In this document: positions 34,186 to 46,489 of the stretch, piece by piece
Layout of the letters: each line of letters begins with the position of its first letter
How positions within the stretch are numbered: the stretch's first letter is position 1
DNA from: Rebecca billardiae RCC1528
Taxonomy: Eukaryota; Protista; Haptophyta
Length of the DNA stretch: 64,000 bases
Reading direction: 5' to 3'
Assembly: GCA_965240325.2 (NCBI GenBank)
Contig: OZ251230.1
Location: 186,001 to 250,000, forward strand
Notes under the pieces: model-generated
Databases searched by the model: none
Seen by the model: the letters and a program-made list of their open reading frames with translations, nothing else
What the model was told of the DNA's origin: nothing
Translations under genes and position numbers: made by a program

Positions 34186-34319
34186 GCGCGCACCTGGCCG
34201 GAGTGCTCGCGCAGGCAACCCTCCCACGCAGCGTATTCCGTCTCGCACTTCGCCACGTGCTGCGGCTGCGCGTCGACCCTCGACTCGGCGCAATTCTCGC
34301 AGACGGGCGCGTCGGGCAT
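34110..34319 (-). CDS. Small twin-CX9C (CHCH) mitochondrial intermembrane-space-type protein, 69 aa
   Basis: C-ETEYAAWEG-C and C-LEPMEAFRR-C, additional CENC, strongly GC3-biased codons; overlaps the MalY/PatB start by 76 nt in another frame. Confidence 0.75.
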   Translation of the reverse strand: MPDAPVCENCAESRVDAQPQHVAKCETEYAAWEGCLREHSGQVRACLEPMEAFRRCREVSAEPSPPPAR

Positions 34320-34361
34320 GACAAGACGAGATCGACGAGACAAGCGAGGCCCCGGTTTATT

Positions 34362-35537
34362 CAGGGGCTGGTGCTCGCAGCGAGGCACTCGCGGTGCGAG
34401 TGCGAGCAGGGCGCGAGCGCGAGTGCGAGCAGGGCACTCGCACTCGCGCTCGCAAGGCGCCGATCCGGCCCAGCGGGCTTGCGAGTCAACTCGCAAAGGT
34501 ACTCGCAAGGTGCGGTCTAGCGCGAGTATGCGAGTTGGCGCGAGCAGAAGTGCGAGTCCCTGGGCGGCCTCGTGACCGCCTGCACGGCAGGCGAGTCACA
34601 AAGCGTCAAAGCCTCGCTGCCCCCGCCCAGGGCGGCAAATGGCGAGCTCATCGGCGGCGCCGGTCGCTTCGGCGCCTGCGTCGGCGCCGGCTGCCGAGAT
34701 CACCGTCTGGTCGCTGTCGAACCAGCGCGGGGTGATCGACCCGGCCTGGCTCGATCTGCCCCCCAACGGCAAAGGTGTCTCGCTCTTGTGGACGCACGTC
34801 CACCCCATCTCGCAAGCGGCGCCGACCGACTTCTCGTACGTTCAGGTGGGCAGTCAGTCGAGCAACCCGAAGCTGTACACGCACGTGTGCGTCATGCCGG
34901 GATGCGGCCAGCGCTTCACGCTCCCCCTCGACAAGGTGCGCTCGAAGGGGGGCAAGTCGGTCTTCACGATCACAAACGCGGGCAACCACCTGAAGACGAT
35001 GCACCCGCTGACCGAGTACAGCAAGAAGGCCTCCATCAAGGCGGACGAGGCAGCGCTGGGGGCGAAGCGGACCATGCAGCAGGTGGGCATGTCGGTGAGT
35101 ATGCCCGTCGAGAAGCAGCTCAAGCAATCGGGCCTCCTCGCTGCGGGCTTCAAGAAGGTGTCGCGCGCCGACAAACAGCTGGCGACGCAGGCGCGGTGGC
35201 AGGGTGGTCAGGGCGGCGGGTCGGGTGTAAGGCATGCTCTAATAGGGCCAAATAGGGCCAAAAAATTTCTTCGCCTCAGGCCGGCGGGGCCCCGGGGGAG
35301 GCCCCCCGGACCCCCCGCTGGGCGTGTCCGGGGGCTGCGCCCCCGGACACGTTGCCAGTTGGGACTCGCACTTTGCGAGTTGGGACTCGCACTTTACTCG
35401 CACTCGCACTCGCAGCCGCCCATTCCGCCCAGTGGGCCTGCGAGTTCAACTCGCAGTGCACTCGCAAAGTCCCCTCAAAAGTGCGAGTGCGAGTTCACTC
35501 TACTCGCAGCCGCGGAAAGTGCGAGCGACGGTCCCTG
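34362..35537 (+). mobile_element. Internally deleted hAT transposon (1176 bp), 8-bp TSD GGTTTATT
   Basis: GGTTTATT at 34354-34361 and 35538-35545; imperfect 18-bp TIR CAGGGGCTGGTGCTCGCA / CAGGGACCGTCGCTCGCA; more than 10 GCGAG/CTCGC subterminal motifs per end; BED-finger ORF inside. Confidence 0.93.
34639..35200 (+). pseudogene. N-terminal fragment of hAT transposase (BED zinc finger)
   Basis: SLLWTHV...CVMPGC...TITNAGNHLKTMHP matches the BED pattern; no DDE catalytic domain follows. Confidence 0.8.
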
Positions 35538-35730
35538 GGTTTATTCTTTGGCCGCGGTTCCTGAGTTGTCCCGGACGTGGTCCGGATGCACACGATTCCT
35601 GCTCCCACCGGTAGATTCCGAGGGCCGCTCGACAAAGCACGTTGGGACTTGGGAGCTCGCAGGCCCGCCGAGCGAGCGCGCGCCAAAGCGCTCCACAACC
35701 CAGACTGCTCCAGCCCGCGCCGCGCCGGCC

Positions 35731-38700
35731 ATGTTGGTCACGCCGGTGGCAACGCAGCCGGCGCCGGAGGGGCCACGTGCGCGCTTGCGAGCGAGCGACG
35801 CGGATCGAGCCACGACACGCTTGGCACACGCATCTGCGTGCGCCCCCGCTCCATCCCCGCCGCGCACACGCACCCCTCACGCACCGCCGCGCGCGCGCGC
35901 GCCACGGCGTGCAGCGGTGCTCGAGCGCGCGTTCGGCGCGTACGATGAGATGCCGCGCAACGAGCTGCTCGGCGCGTACCTCGACGAGGAGGCGCAGCGC
36001 GACTTTGTAAACTCGATGCTCGAGGTGCAGGCGGGCAAGTATGAGGTCGTCATCCGACGCGGCGAGGAGGGCAACAACTTCTTCATCATCAAGGAGGGCG
36101 AGTGCGAATGTCTCGGCGAGGACGGCACAGTGCTGCGCACGCTGCGCGCCGGCGGCGCGTGCGGCGAGCTCGCCATCATACACGGGGTCCGGCGCACGAT
36201 CGAAGTGATTGTGAGGAGATGCGCCGCGCCGCGCCAGCCGACAGCGCCGCGCGGAGCTCGCGCCCGAGCGACGCGCCGCACTGGCAAACTCACGCGCGCG
36301 CGCCGCGCGCGGCCGCACCGTCCGCCTGCGACCCGTGCCGCCCAGGCGTCCACCGACGTGAAGCTGCTGCTCATGCACCGCAGCTACTTCTCGGACAGGC
36401 TCGGTCGGATGATCAAGGCCAAGCGCGAGCGGCTCGTGCCCTTCCTGCGCAGTCTGCCCATCCTGAGTGCGCGCGCCGTTCGCTCCAGCGCGCGCACCGA
36501 GCGCCCAGCTGGCGCCCCGCGCCTGCAGGGGCGCGCGCGCGCTCACCCCACGCCGCCCTCGCGCCCGCGCTCTGCGTACGCTCGGCGTGATCTCGCGCCG
36601 CCGCAGCCTCGCTCGACGAGTACGAGATCCAGATGCTCGCCGACGTGGCCGTCGAGCGCTCGTACCGCCACGACGAGATGATCATCCCGGCGGGGCACGA
36701 CGTGCGCGCGCTGTTTGTGGTGCTGTCAGGTGCGGTCTCGGGCGGGGGCGCGGTGCGGCAGCGCGGCCAGCACTTTGGCGCGGTGGAGCTCTTCACGCGG
36801 CGCGCGGCGGAGGACGACCTGGTCGCCGCGGCGCAGGGCACCAAGTGCATCGCCTTCACCTACGAGCAGCTCGTCGCGCACGTCTCCCTCAACGCGTTCA
36901 TGTACGAGGCGGCGCAGCAGGCGTACGCGCTCGGCCAGGGCGACGGCCGCGCGGCCGACGAGCCGGGGCACGCGCGCGCGGCCGCCGCGGCCGACGGCGG
37001 GCAGAGCGGCATGCGCGCGCGGCGGATGGGCGAGTCGGCGGAGCCGACCACCTCGGCGAAGAACCGGCCGCGCGGCGCCGCAGCCAACGACGACCGCGTC
37101 GGCGCGAGCGCCAGCCCGGCGAGCAAGGCGCGCAAGTGGCGGCCCGGCGCGCCTCCGCAGTCGCAGCAGCGCGCGCGCAAGCTCTTCATCTCGGCGTGCC
37201 GGCGCGTGCTTGCCTTCCGCCGGCTGGAGGAGGCGCAGCTCGAGCAGCTTTTCCACACCATGGCGGAGCACGAGGTGGAGAAGGACACGGTCGTCATCGT
37301 CGAGGGCGAGCCGGGTGCGCGCGCGCGCGCGTGCCCACGGCCGGCCCATGCGCGCGCGCGCGCGCGCGCACACCGGCGCCGGCCGGCGCCGCGAGCTGGT
37401 GCGCTGCTTGAGGCATGCGAGCGCGGCGCGCGCGCACGTGCGCGCAGGGAGCCGGTTCTACTTTGTCGAGTCGGGCGAGCTCGACGCCTTCAGCGGGTCC
37501 GTGACGACCAACAACGGCCTCGTCCGCTCCTTCGGCCCGGGGGACTCATTCGGCGAGCTCGCTCTGATGTACGACTGCCCGCGCTCGGCGACGGTGGTCG
37601 CGCGCTCGCGCTGCGTGCTCTGGTCTCTCGACCGCGCGACCTTCAAGTCGCTCGTGCTCGCGGAGAACCTGCGCAAGGCGACGATGTACGAGAAGTTCCT
37701 GGACAAGGTGCGTGCCACGCCCGCGCCCGCGCGCCACGGCGCCCCGAGAGCGACGGCACGCGCGGGCGGGCGGCGGCGGGCGCGCGTGCTCACGGCGCGC
37801 GCACCACGGCTCGGCGCGTTGCGCGCGCGCGCGCCGTGCCGCAGGTGCCCCTGTTCGAGCCCCTGAGCCGTGCGGAGCGCAACCGCATCATCGACGCGCT
37901 CGAGCCCGTGTCGTACAGCAAGGGCAGCGTGATCATCCGCGAGGGCGACGTGGGCAACGCCTTCTACCTGATCGAGGGTGGCACGGTGCACGTGCACTCG
38001 TCCAAGCACGGCCGCGTCGCCTCGCGCACGGTCGGCGATTACTTTGGCGAGCGCTCGCTGCACACGGGCGACCGCACGATCGCCAACGTGCTGGCGGGCA
38101 CGGACTGCAAGCTGGTGCGGATGGAGGGCGAGGCGTTCCGCCGCATCCTCGGCCCGATCGCGAGCCGCAACGACGACGACGCCGCGCTCTCGGCGCAGCA
38201 CGCCAGCGGCTCGCCGCCGCCCGAGCCGCGCTCGTCGCCGCTCGGCTCGCGCTTTGGCGGCGCCGCGCCGCCCGAGCGCGCGGGCGCGTTCGTGCCCGGC
38301 CACGGGATCGGGCTGCGCTCGTACGACGTGCTCACCGGCAAGGAGGTGGCGTCGCCGCCGGCGCGCAAGGAGGGCAGCCCTGGCGGTGGCAAGAGCGGCT
38401 CGCCGGACGCGCCCGTCGGCTCGCCCGCCTCGTCGCCGGCCGCGCCGGCGCGCGCGCACGCGACCAAGGCGGGCGGCGGCGTGGCGGCGGTGGCGCAGGT
38501 GATCCGCAACGCGGCGGCGGGCCGGCGCGAGCACAAGGAGCGAGAGAAGCCGGCGGCGCAGCAGCAGAAGCAGCCGCCCGGTGGTGGGCGCGTCGTCGAG
38601 GTGGACGCGCCCTCGGCCGCCGCCGCGGCGCGCGACCCGTCGCCGCCGCGGCGCCGCCCCGGCCCGCTCGACGCGAACGGCGGCGTGAGCGCGCTCGACT

Positions 38701-39817
38701 TTGAGGTGCTGAGCGCGGGGCTGGGCGAGGGCGGGTTTGGCAAGGTGCTGCTCGGCCGGCACACGCGCACCAAGCAGACGTACGCGCTCAAGCAGATGAG
38801 CAAGGCGCACCTGATCCGGATGGACCAGGCCGAGCACGTCGTGCAGGAGTCCGCGCTGCTCGCCGAGCTGCGCCACCCGTTCATCGCCAACAAGCTCGGC
38901 TCCTTCTCCACGGACGCGCACCTCTTCCTCGTGCTCGAGCTCGCGCCCGGCGGCGACATGTACGACACGCTCGACCGCTGCGGCGGCACGTTCGTCCCGG
39001 CGGACGCGCGCGTGTTCGTCGCGCAGATGCTGCTCGCCCTCGAGCACCTGCACGCGCGCTCCATCATCCACCGCGACCTCAAGCTCGAGAACATGCTGGT
39101 GGGCGCGGGCGGCGAGGCGAAGCTCACCGACTTCGGGTTTGCCAAGCGCGTGGACATACGCACGTGGACGCTGTGCGGCACGCCCGAGTACCTCGCGCCC
39201 GAGCTCATCCTGGACAAGGGGCACAACAAGGGCGTGGACTACTGGGCGCTCGGCGTCGTCATGTACGAGATGCTCGTCGGGTGCGTCGAGCGCGCGGGCT
39301 GGGACGCGCCCCGGCCGCGCGCGGCCGCGCACGACCCGTCAGCGCGTCGCGCGCGCGCGGCGGCGCGTGGGCGGCAGCGGCGCGCGCGCTCACGCCTCGC
39401 CGCCGTGCGCGCCCGTTGGCCCCTTCCGCCCGCAGCTGCTCGCCGTTCATCGGCAAGGACCACATGGCCACCTACCACAAGATCCTGAACAACAAGGTGT
39501 ACTGCCCGCCCTCGGTGCCGCCCTCCGCCGCGCACCTCATCTCGAAGCTGCTCGAGAAGGACATCTCGAAGCGGTTCGGCGTGCTCAAGCACGGCACGCG
39601 CGACATCAAGCAGCACGGCTTCTTCAAGGGGTACGACTGGGCCGACCTGAGCCAGCGCGCCTCGGTGAAGCCCAAGATCCACCCGCGCGCGTACGACGAC
39701 GCGGACGACGAGGCGAGCGCCAAGCGGTGGATGCCGCTCACGCACACGCACGACATTGCGCGCGGCTCCACGTGCCCCATCATGCCCGACGACGAGCTGC
39801 GCTTCGACGGCTTCTGA
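35731..39817 (+). CDS. Cyclic-nucleotide-dependent AGC protein kinase (PKG-like) with four cNMP-binding domains
   Basis: GT-AG introns 36211-36345, 36467-36606, 37315-37447, 37708-37844 and 39281-39435 join CGELA..RRT, HFGAVE, FGELALMYDCPRSA and YFGERSL to GEGGFG, HRDLKLEN, DFG, RTWTLCGTPEYLAPE and terminal FDGF; 5' exon structure uncertain. Confidence 0.9.
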
Positions 39818-40109
39818 CTGACACCAGCGCCTCAGCGCGCGCGAGCGCGCCGTGGCAGCACGCGCGACTACTACGGCTTTCTGAAGTGCCCGCGCCGCAC
39901 CGCCGATCAGTTGCATGCGCCGTGATGATGATCGACGCGCGATGATATGCGCACGCATCGTCAGTCGCGTGTTTCAGTTTAGCGCGGCGACGACTCACGG
40001 CCGCGGGGCGACGACGGCCGCCGCGGAGCGACGACTTACGTACTACAAGACACGACGAGTAGCGACGACCGTACTGCGCTTACTGATGGATGCTGCAGTA
40101 GTAGTACTG

Positions 40110-40113
<4 letters not shown>

Positions 40114-40150
<37 letters not shown>
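40114..40150. repeat. (CT)n microsatellite
   Basis: Pure CT run between the convergent kinase and ORC2 genes. Confidence 0.95.
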
Positions 40151-40156
<6 letters not shown>

Positions 40157-40528
40157 ATATACTGTGCTACTGTATATATATATATACTACTACAGCACAT
40201 GCATCGTCAGTGAGACGTCAGTCAGCCGCCCTCGCACTGTCTCATGTCTGTGTCATATCATATTCGGCACGCGGTGTAACCGTGCACCGTCAGCGCACTT
40301 GCACTGTCGTGCGCGGCCAGCTGACGAGCCGCGCAGCACGGGATCTGCCAGGGCCGCGCCCAGTCCCAGACGCACGTCGGCCAGGCCGAGCGGTCTCGGC
40401 GGACTCCGGCGGTCCAGGCCATGACGAGCGCATCGCGCCGCCTCCGCGCGGCGCGGTGGCTGACGCCGGGCTGGCGGGCAGCGCGGGCCGCCTGCTACTG
40501 TCTGCACGACTAGTCTAGTACTGGTCGT

Positions 40529-42939
40529 CTACTTGGCTGCCAGCACGCCGTCGAGGAGCTCGCGCACAGCGTTCGGCGGCAGCAGGCACACGTACTGCTC
40601 CACGCCCCTGCGCGCCGCGGGGGTCCGTGCCGCGCGCACTCAGCGTACGCGTCGCGCGGCAGGGCAGGGCGCGGCGCGCGCGCGCGGCGGCGCGTCCGCA
40701 CCACACGCGCTCTGGCGCGCACCCGGCAGTGCCCTTGCCCACCAGGCGGTGGTCGACGAGCTCGGCGAGGTGGCGGCGCAGCGTGGTCTCGGTCGTCGCC
40801 CAGAGCGCCTTGCGCCCGCGCGCGAAGAGCTGCTGCAGGCTGAGCCCGAGCGCGGGCGCGGTGTGGTCGACCGCCGCCCCGCCCGCCGCGCCCGCCTTGC
40901 TGAGCGCGTGCGCCGCCAGCTCGCGGAAGACGCACCGCCCGTTGGCCGTGAGCGCGCCCAGCACGAGCTTGGCGGAGGCGAGCTGCGAGTGCGCGCCCTG
41001 CGCGCCGCGCGAGCCGGCCGGCGCGTCGCCGACGAGCGCGGCGAGGGCGTCGCCGTCCGTCATCTCGGTGATGTGCGGCAGCCGCGTGTGGCACTGCTCC
41101 CACACCCAGCTGCCCAGAGGGCCAGATCGGAGGGGCAGGGGGCGCGCGAGCCGCGCGGCGCGCGGTGGGCGGCGCGCAGGCGGGCGGGCGCGCGTGAGCG
41201 CGCGGCGCGCGGCGCAGCGCGGCTGGTGGTGCGGGCGGATGAGCCCCCGGGCGCGGCGGCGGCGCGCGCGCGCGCGGCGGCGCGCACCCGAACGCGCCGC
41301 CCTTGTGCGTGTCCCACAGCGTGCACGCGTTCACGTGCTCGACCGACGCGATCACGCGCACACGGCGCACGGCCGCAAGCTCAGCGAGCGCTGCCTGCGA
41401 TGGCTCCGAGCGCAGACCCTCGCCGTCGAGGGAGTGGACGACGAGGATGAGCTCGGTGGGGGCGCGCCGCGCGGCGTGGGCGCGGAGGGGGCGCGCCGCC
41501 GCGAGCGCGCCCGCGTCGGCCGGCGCCGCCGCCGCGCGGCGCGAGCGCGCGAGCGCGGCGGCGGCGGGGCTGCGCACGTGCGCGCCCGCGCCGCGCGCGC
41601 CCGACGCGCCCGCCGCCTCGCCGCCGCCCTCGCCGCCGCCCTCGCCGCCGCCCTCGCCGCCGGCGGCGGCGGCGCGCGCCGCGCCGCCCGCGGGCGGCAG
41701 CACCGAGGGCAGCACGGCGCCGAACGCGCGCTCGAAGCGCGCGCCGTCCTCCTCCTCGCCGGCCTCGTCCGCAGCCGCGCGCCGCGCGTGCGCCGCCCGC
41801 TCCGCGCCCGCCGCCGCTGCCTCGAGCGCGCGGTCGATGGCTGCGCACAGCTCGCGCGCGCCCGCCGAGGCGGCGGAGGCGGCGGGCGCGGCGCCGGCGG
41901 GCGCGGGCGCGGCGCCGGCGGCGCGCACGCCCAGCCCGTCCGCCACGGCCTGCAGCACCGAGCGCGCGCGCGCCCGCGCGCTGTACCCGTGCACGACGAC
42001 GACGGGCGCGCCGCACACGCCCAGCGCGCGCGCGGCAAAGCGCTCGAGCACGAGCCGCTTCGAGCCCGCGCCGTGCAGCAGCACGTTGTGGCCCGCGCGG
42101 AGCAGGCCGAGCCAGCGCGGAAAGGCGGCGTCGACGGCCTTCGCCTGCGTCGCGCTCAGCTGCGCGCGCGCCGACGCGCCCAGCTCGCGCAGCGCCGCGC
42201 GCAGCTTGGCGGGCTCGGGCGCGCCCGGCAGCGCACACAACACTCGCCCCACATGCGCACCAGACGGCCGGCGCTGCGCGTCGAAGTACGAGTCCGCGGC
42301 GGCGGAGGCGTCGGGCGCGAGCGCGTCGTCGGAGTCCGGGTCGTCCGAGTCGTCCGACTCCGCGCCGCCGCCGCCGCCGCGACCGCGCCCGAGCACGCCG
42401 CCGCTCGAGCCCCGGCGCGCGCGCGCGGCGCGCGCGGCGCGCGCGCCACCCTCCGCGGGCGCCGCCTCGTCATCGTCCTCCTCGTCCTCGTCGTCCTCGT
42501 CGTCCTCGCTCTCTGCGCCCTCGCTCGAGCCAGCCGCGTCGTCTTGCATGCCCTCGTCGTCCGTCTCGTCCTCGTCCTCGTCCTCGCCCCGCGCGGGCGC
42601 GCGATGGCCTCCGGAGCCAGGGGCGCGCGCGCCGCGCGCGAGCGCATGCGCGGGCGAGGCTGTGTCGCGCGCGGGCGTGCCGGCGAAGCCGGCCGGGCGC
42701 TTGCCCGGGGCGATGATCTCGGGCTCGTCCTCGCGCCCCCGCTTGCCGCTGCTGCCGCCTCCAGCTCCGCAGCCACCCGACGGGCTCCCGGCGCGCGCGC
42801 GCGCCGCGGGCGTGCCCGCGCGGGCCGGTGGCGGCGCGCCGTCGGCCGAGCCGCCGCCCGCGCGGCGCGAGCGCTCCGTGCGCATGGGTGGTGTCGGGCT
42901 GGGTGTCGAGGTCCTCGTCGGCCGCGTGCGCGATGGCAT
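40529..42939 (-). CDS. ORC2: Origin recognition complex subunit 2 (exons 42939-41288, 41109-40723, 40607-40529)
   Basis: FPRW..LRAGHNVLLHGAGSKRLVL, VVVHGY, LVVHSLDG..LR, IASVEHVNA, FG-WVWEQCHT, LAELVDHRLV; two GT-AG introns. Confidence 0.92.
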
Positions 42940-43285
42940 CGCTCCACGAGAATGCGCGCGCGCCCGCGCGAACGCTCCGGCGCAGCGCGCCACCCGAGAG
43001 TCTCGCTCGTCGACTCGCGCCCACACGCAGGGCTTTTGGCGCGCTCGCGGCCGCGGCGCGCACTCGGAGGCGCGCGAAACCAGCTGGGGTCCGGCTCTCG
43101 CCCGGATTCGTCCGGGAGTGCCGCGCCGGCGGCGGCGCCGCGCCGGCCGCCGGACGCTTTTCGCCTTGGTCGCTGGGCCGACGCGCTGTGCTCGGCGGGG
43201 TCAACCCTCAGCGCCAAGCCGCGCGTTCACACGGGTGGGCGGGAGCGGGGCCGCTTTCGACCAGCCGCGCGCCGACGACGCGAGC

Positions 43286-46200
43286 ATGCCCACCGGCGCG
43301 GCCGGCAAGAAGAAGAAGAAGCGCGACGGCGGCGCCGAGGCGCTCGGCCTTGCCGGCGCGGCCGGCGCCGCCGCGCTCGCGGGCGCGCACGTCGCCGGCT
43401 GGCTCGCGCTGCTGGACGAGGCCGACCTGGCGGCGACCGCGCACCCGCTGATGGACGGGACCGGCGAGGCGCACCGCCGGCACTGCACGCTGGTGGTGCT
43501 GCGCGTTGCCGTCGCGCTCGACCTCTGCGCCGTCGCCGGCCTCACCATCGACGGCGCGCTCGATTGGCTCCGCGTGCCGTGCGCGCTGCGCTCGGCCGCG
43601 CGCGCCGACGAGTCGGCCGAGGCCGACACGGCGGCGGACTCCGAGCGGCTCGGGCGCTCTCTGCGCGCGTGGTTCGACGAGCTGATCCAGCGCGCGTCGA
43701 GCGTGATGTCCGACCGCCACTTCGCCGTGGAGCACCTCGACCTGCCGGCCGGCTGGCCGTGCGGCACGCAGTGCTCGCAGCTGTGGGCGCTCCTCTGCGC
43801 GCTGTCAAACGCCGTGCTGAAGCGTCTGGACCGCGGGGCGGAGACGCCGCTCGAGGTGCAGGACGCGCTGGCGCTCGAGCCCGAGCTGAGCGCGTGCGTC
43901 GGCCGCGCGCTCGACCTGCTCGAGGCGCACGACACGCTGCACCTCCAAGGCCCGTCCGTGCGCCGCCCTCGGTTCAGCGCCACCTTTGAGCGGCTGCCGA
44001 CCGACGCGCTCAGCACCGAGCCGGTCAAGTGCATGGGCGCGATGTGGCGGCTGGTGCTCGAGGCGCGGGAGGAGGCGGCCGACGGCGTCGGTTCGCGCCC
44101 CACCCGCGCCATCTGGCCCGCGCTCGCGCTCGACGCGGACGACGAGTCGGACGGCAGCACGCGGCTCTCGCGTCGCATCCGCTTTGTCGCCGCGACGCAG
44201 GCGGCGCTGCTCGGCGGCTGCCGGTCGATCGACGAGCAGGGCGCGCTCGCGCGGCTGGCGCTGCGGCTGGCCGACGCGCCCGCCGTCCTGATCGAGGAGG
44301 ACGACCAGCTGCCCTGCGAGAGCTACGCGAGCGCGCTGCGGCACAGACTCGAGCCTGATCTCGCCGCCCTCGGCCGCGCGCACGAGCCGCCGCCGCCGCA
44401 GCCGCCGCAGCCGCAGCCGCAGCTGCTGCTGCAGCGCGGCGGCGGCGGCGCGAAGCGGCCGGGCGGTACGAACGGGCTCCTGCCGAAGGGCGCGCTCGCC
44501 TTCAGCGTGTGGATCTTCCCCTCCGACCGCAACGGCGTCGAGACGGCGCGCGGCGCGCCGTGCGCGCCCGAGGAGGCGGAGGGAGACCCGCTGGCGGGCG
44601 GGCGCGGCCCCGACGTGGGCGCGCACCTGCGCCAGCTGCTCTGGGCGGCGAGGCGCGGGCCGTTCACCGCGTCGATCGTGCGCGACGCGTGGCGCTCGCA
44701 CGCGCTCAACGCGCACGCGCTGCGCGTCGCGATCGGCCGGCGCGTGCTCTCGCTGTGCGCACACGCCATGCTCGCGTGCGCGCACGAGCGGCGCGACGCG
44801 CTCGGCGCGCAGCCGGACGGCGCGGAGGGCGGCTCGGCGGCGGCGGCGGAGCGCGCGCGCGCGGCGGTGGACGCGTTCGTCGGGCACGAGCAGCGCATGC
44901 TCTCCGAGCGGCTGCGCCTCGAGCACCTCGCCATGTGCGCGCTCGCCGCCGACCTGTCCGCGCGCGCGCTGCAGCCGCCGTGCTGCGGGCGCGAGGAGAA
45001 CTGCAGCTCTGCGAGCGCAGAGGCGCGCGCGTCGCTCAGCGCGCTCGCCGACCTGGCCGGCCGGGATTGGTTCGGCGACACGCCCGAGGTGCGCTTCGTG
45101 CTGCTCGGCGGCGCGGAGGGCTCGGCGCTCACGAAGAAGGCGGCGCGCGAGCCGTCGGGCGGCGGCGGCGCCGCCGCCGGCAGCGGCGGCGGCGGCGGCG
45201 GCGCCGCGGGCGGCGGCGGCGCCGCCGCCGCCGCCGCCGACGGCAGCGCCGCGCTCGAGGCCGAGTACGGGCTGGGCTGGCTGGGCGGCGTGTTCAGCCG
45301 CTCGTCGACGGCGGCGTGCCGCGTGAGCGGCAGCACGGCCGCCGCGGCCGCGGCGAGCGTCGCGCACGCCGCGCTCGGCGAGCTGAGCGCGGCGCGCTGG
45401 GTGGCGGGCCGCGGGCGCGCCCACGAGAACCCGCCGGTGAACACGCGCATGGCGTTCGGCCCCGCGGCGTACTGGCTGTTCCACGGGGGCGTGGCGCGCG
45501 GCGAGCTGGGCGCGTGCCTGCGCTGGGCCCGCGCGCCCGCCGCGCTCGGCGCCAAGCCGCGCGCGGCCGAGCCGGACGAGTCGGACGGGCACGCGTGGGA
45601 GGTGGCGCGCACGGCGGGCGGGCCGGCCGTGCTGCGCGCGCGCCGCCGGGACGAGCTGAGTCCCGAGCTGTGCTGCGAGCGCGCCTCGCCGGACACGATG
45701 CCGTGGGTGTGGGTGCGCGTGGACGAGGGCGGGAAGGAGACGCCGCTGCCCAGGCTGGCGTGCGTCGCGGCGCACGCGAAGGAGGCCGCGAGCGTCGCCG
45801 AGTCGGAGCGGGCGAGCCCGCTGCAAGCGGCCGTGTGGCGCGGGCGCGGCGTCGCGGCGGCCATGCTGACCGAGCGTTACGGCTGCCGCGAGGCGCTGCG
45901 CCTCGCGGCGGCGCAGCCGCCCGCCGAGCGCCCGGGCCGGCTCCGCCTCGTGCGCGCGCCCGCCGCCCGCGCCGAGCCGCTCTGGCCCGAGCAGGCCAGC
46001 CTGCTGTGCGCGTGGGCGCTCCAAGGCCAGCCGCGGCTTGACGCGCTGCTGCAGGGCTGCGTGATCGACCCGGCGATGCGCCACCTCGACGGCGGCGGGT
46101 GGGGGCTCTCGCCGCCGCGCGCGACGGAGCCGCTGCACGCGGCCGCGCTCGCCACCTCCGCCGTCGCGCTCGCCGTGCGCTCCGGCTCGAGCAAGTGCGT

Positions 46201-46455
46201 CACGCGCGTGCTCGGCGCCGGGCTCACCGACCCGCGCGCGCTCGCGCAGGTGGGCTCTTCCGAGGACGCGCGCGGCCTCGTCTTCGAGGCGGAGCTGAAC
46301 GCGCTCAAGCTGGGCTCGGGCGTGGGCGGGCGGCTGCCCGCGTGGCTGCGCGCCGAGCGCGTGCTGCCCCTCGACCGCAGGCTGGCGGGCGACGACGAGG
46401 ACGACGACGCCGAGGCGGACGCGGCCTCCGCGCGCGCGCGCGCCGCGGCCGAGGC

Positions 46456-46489
<34 letters not shown>

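Noticed and set aside
34362-35537. Short repeated motifs resembling a CRISPR or iteron array
   Set aside because: Irregularly spaced 5-6-mers in both orientations are hAT subterminal sites; eukaryotic context and no cas genes
41303-43285. N-terminal 661 aa of the 3267-aa ORF
   Set aside because: Antisense to ORC2 and starts at GTG; the credible start is the ATG at 43286
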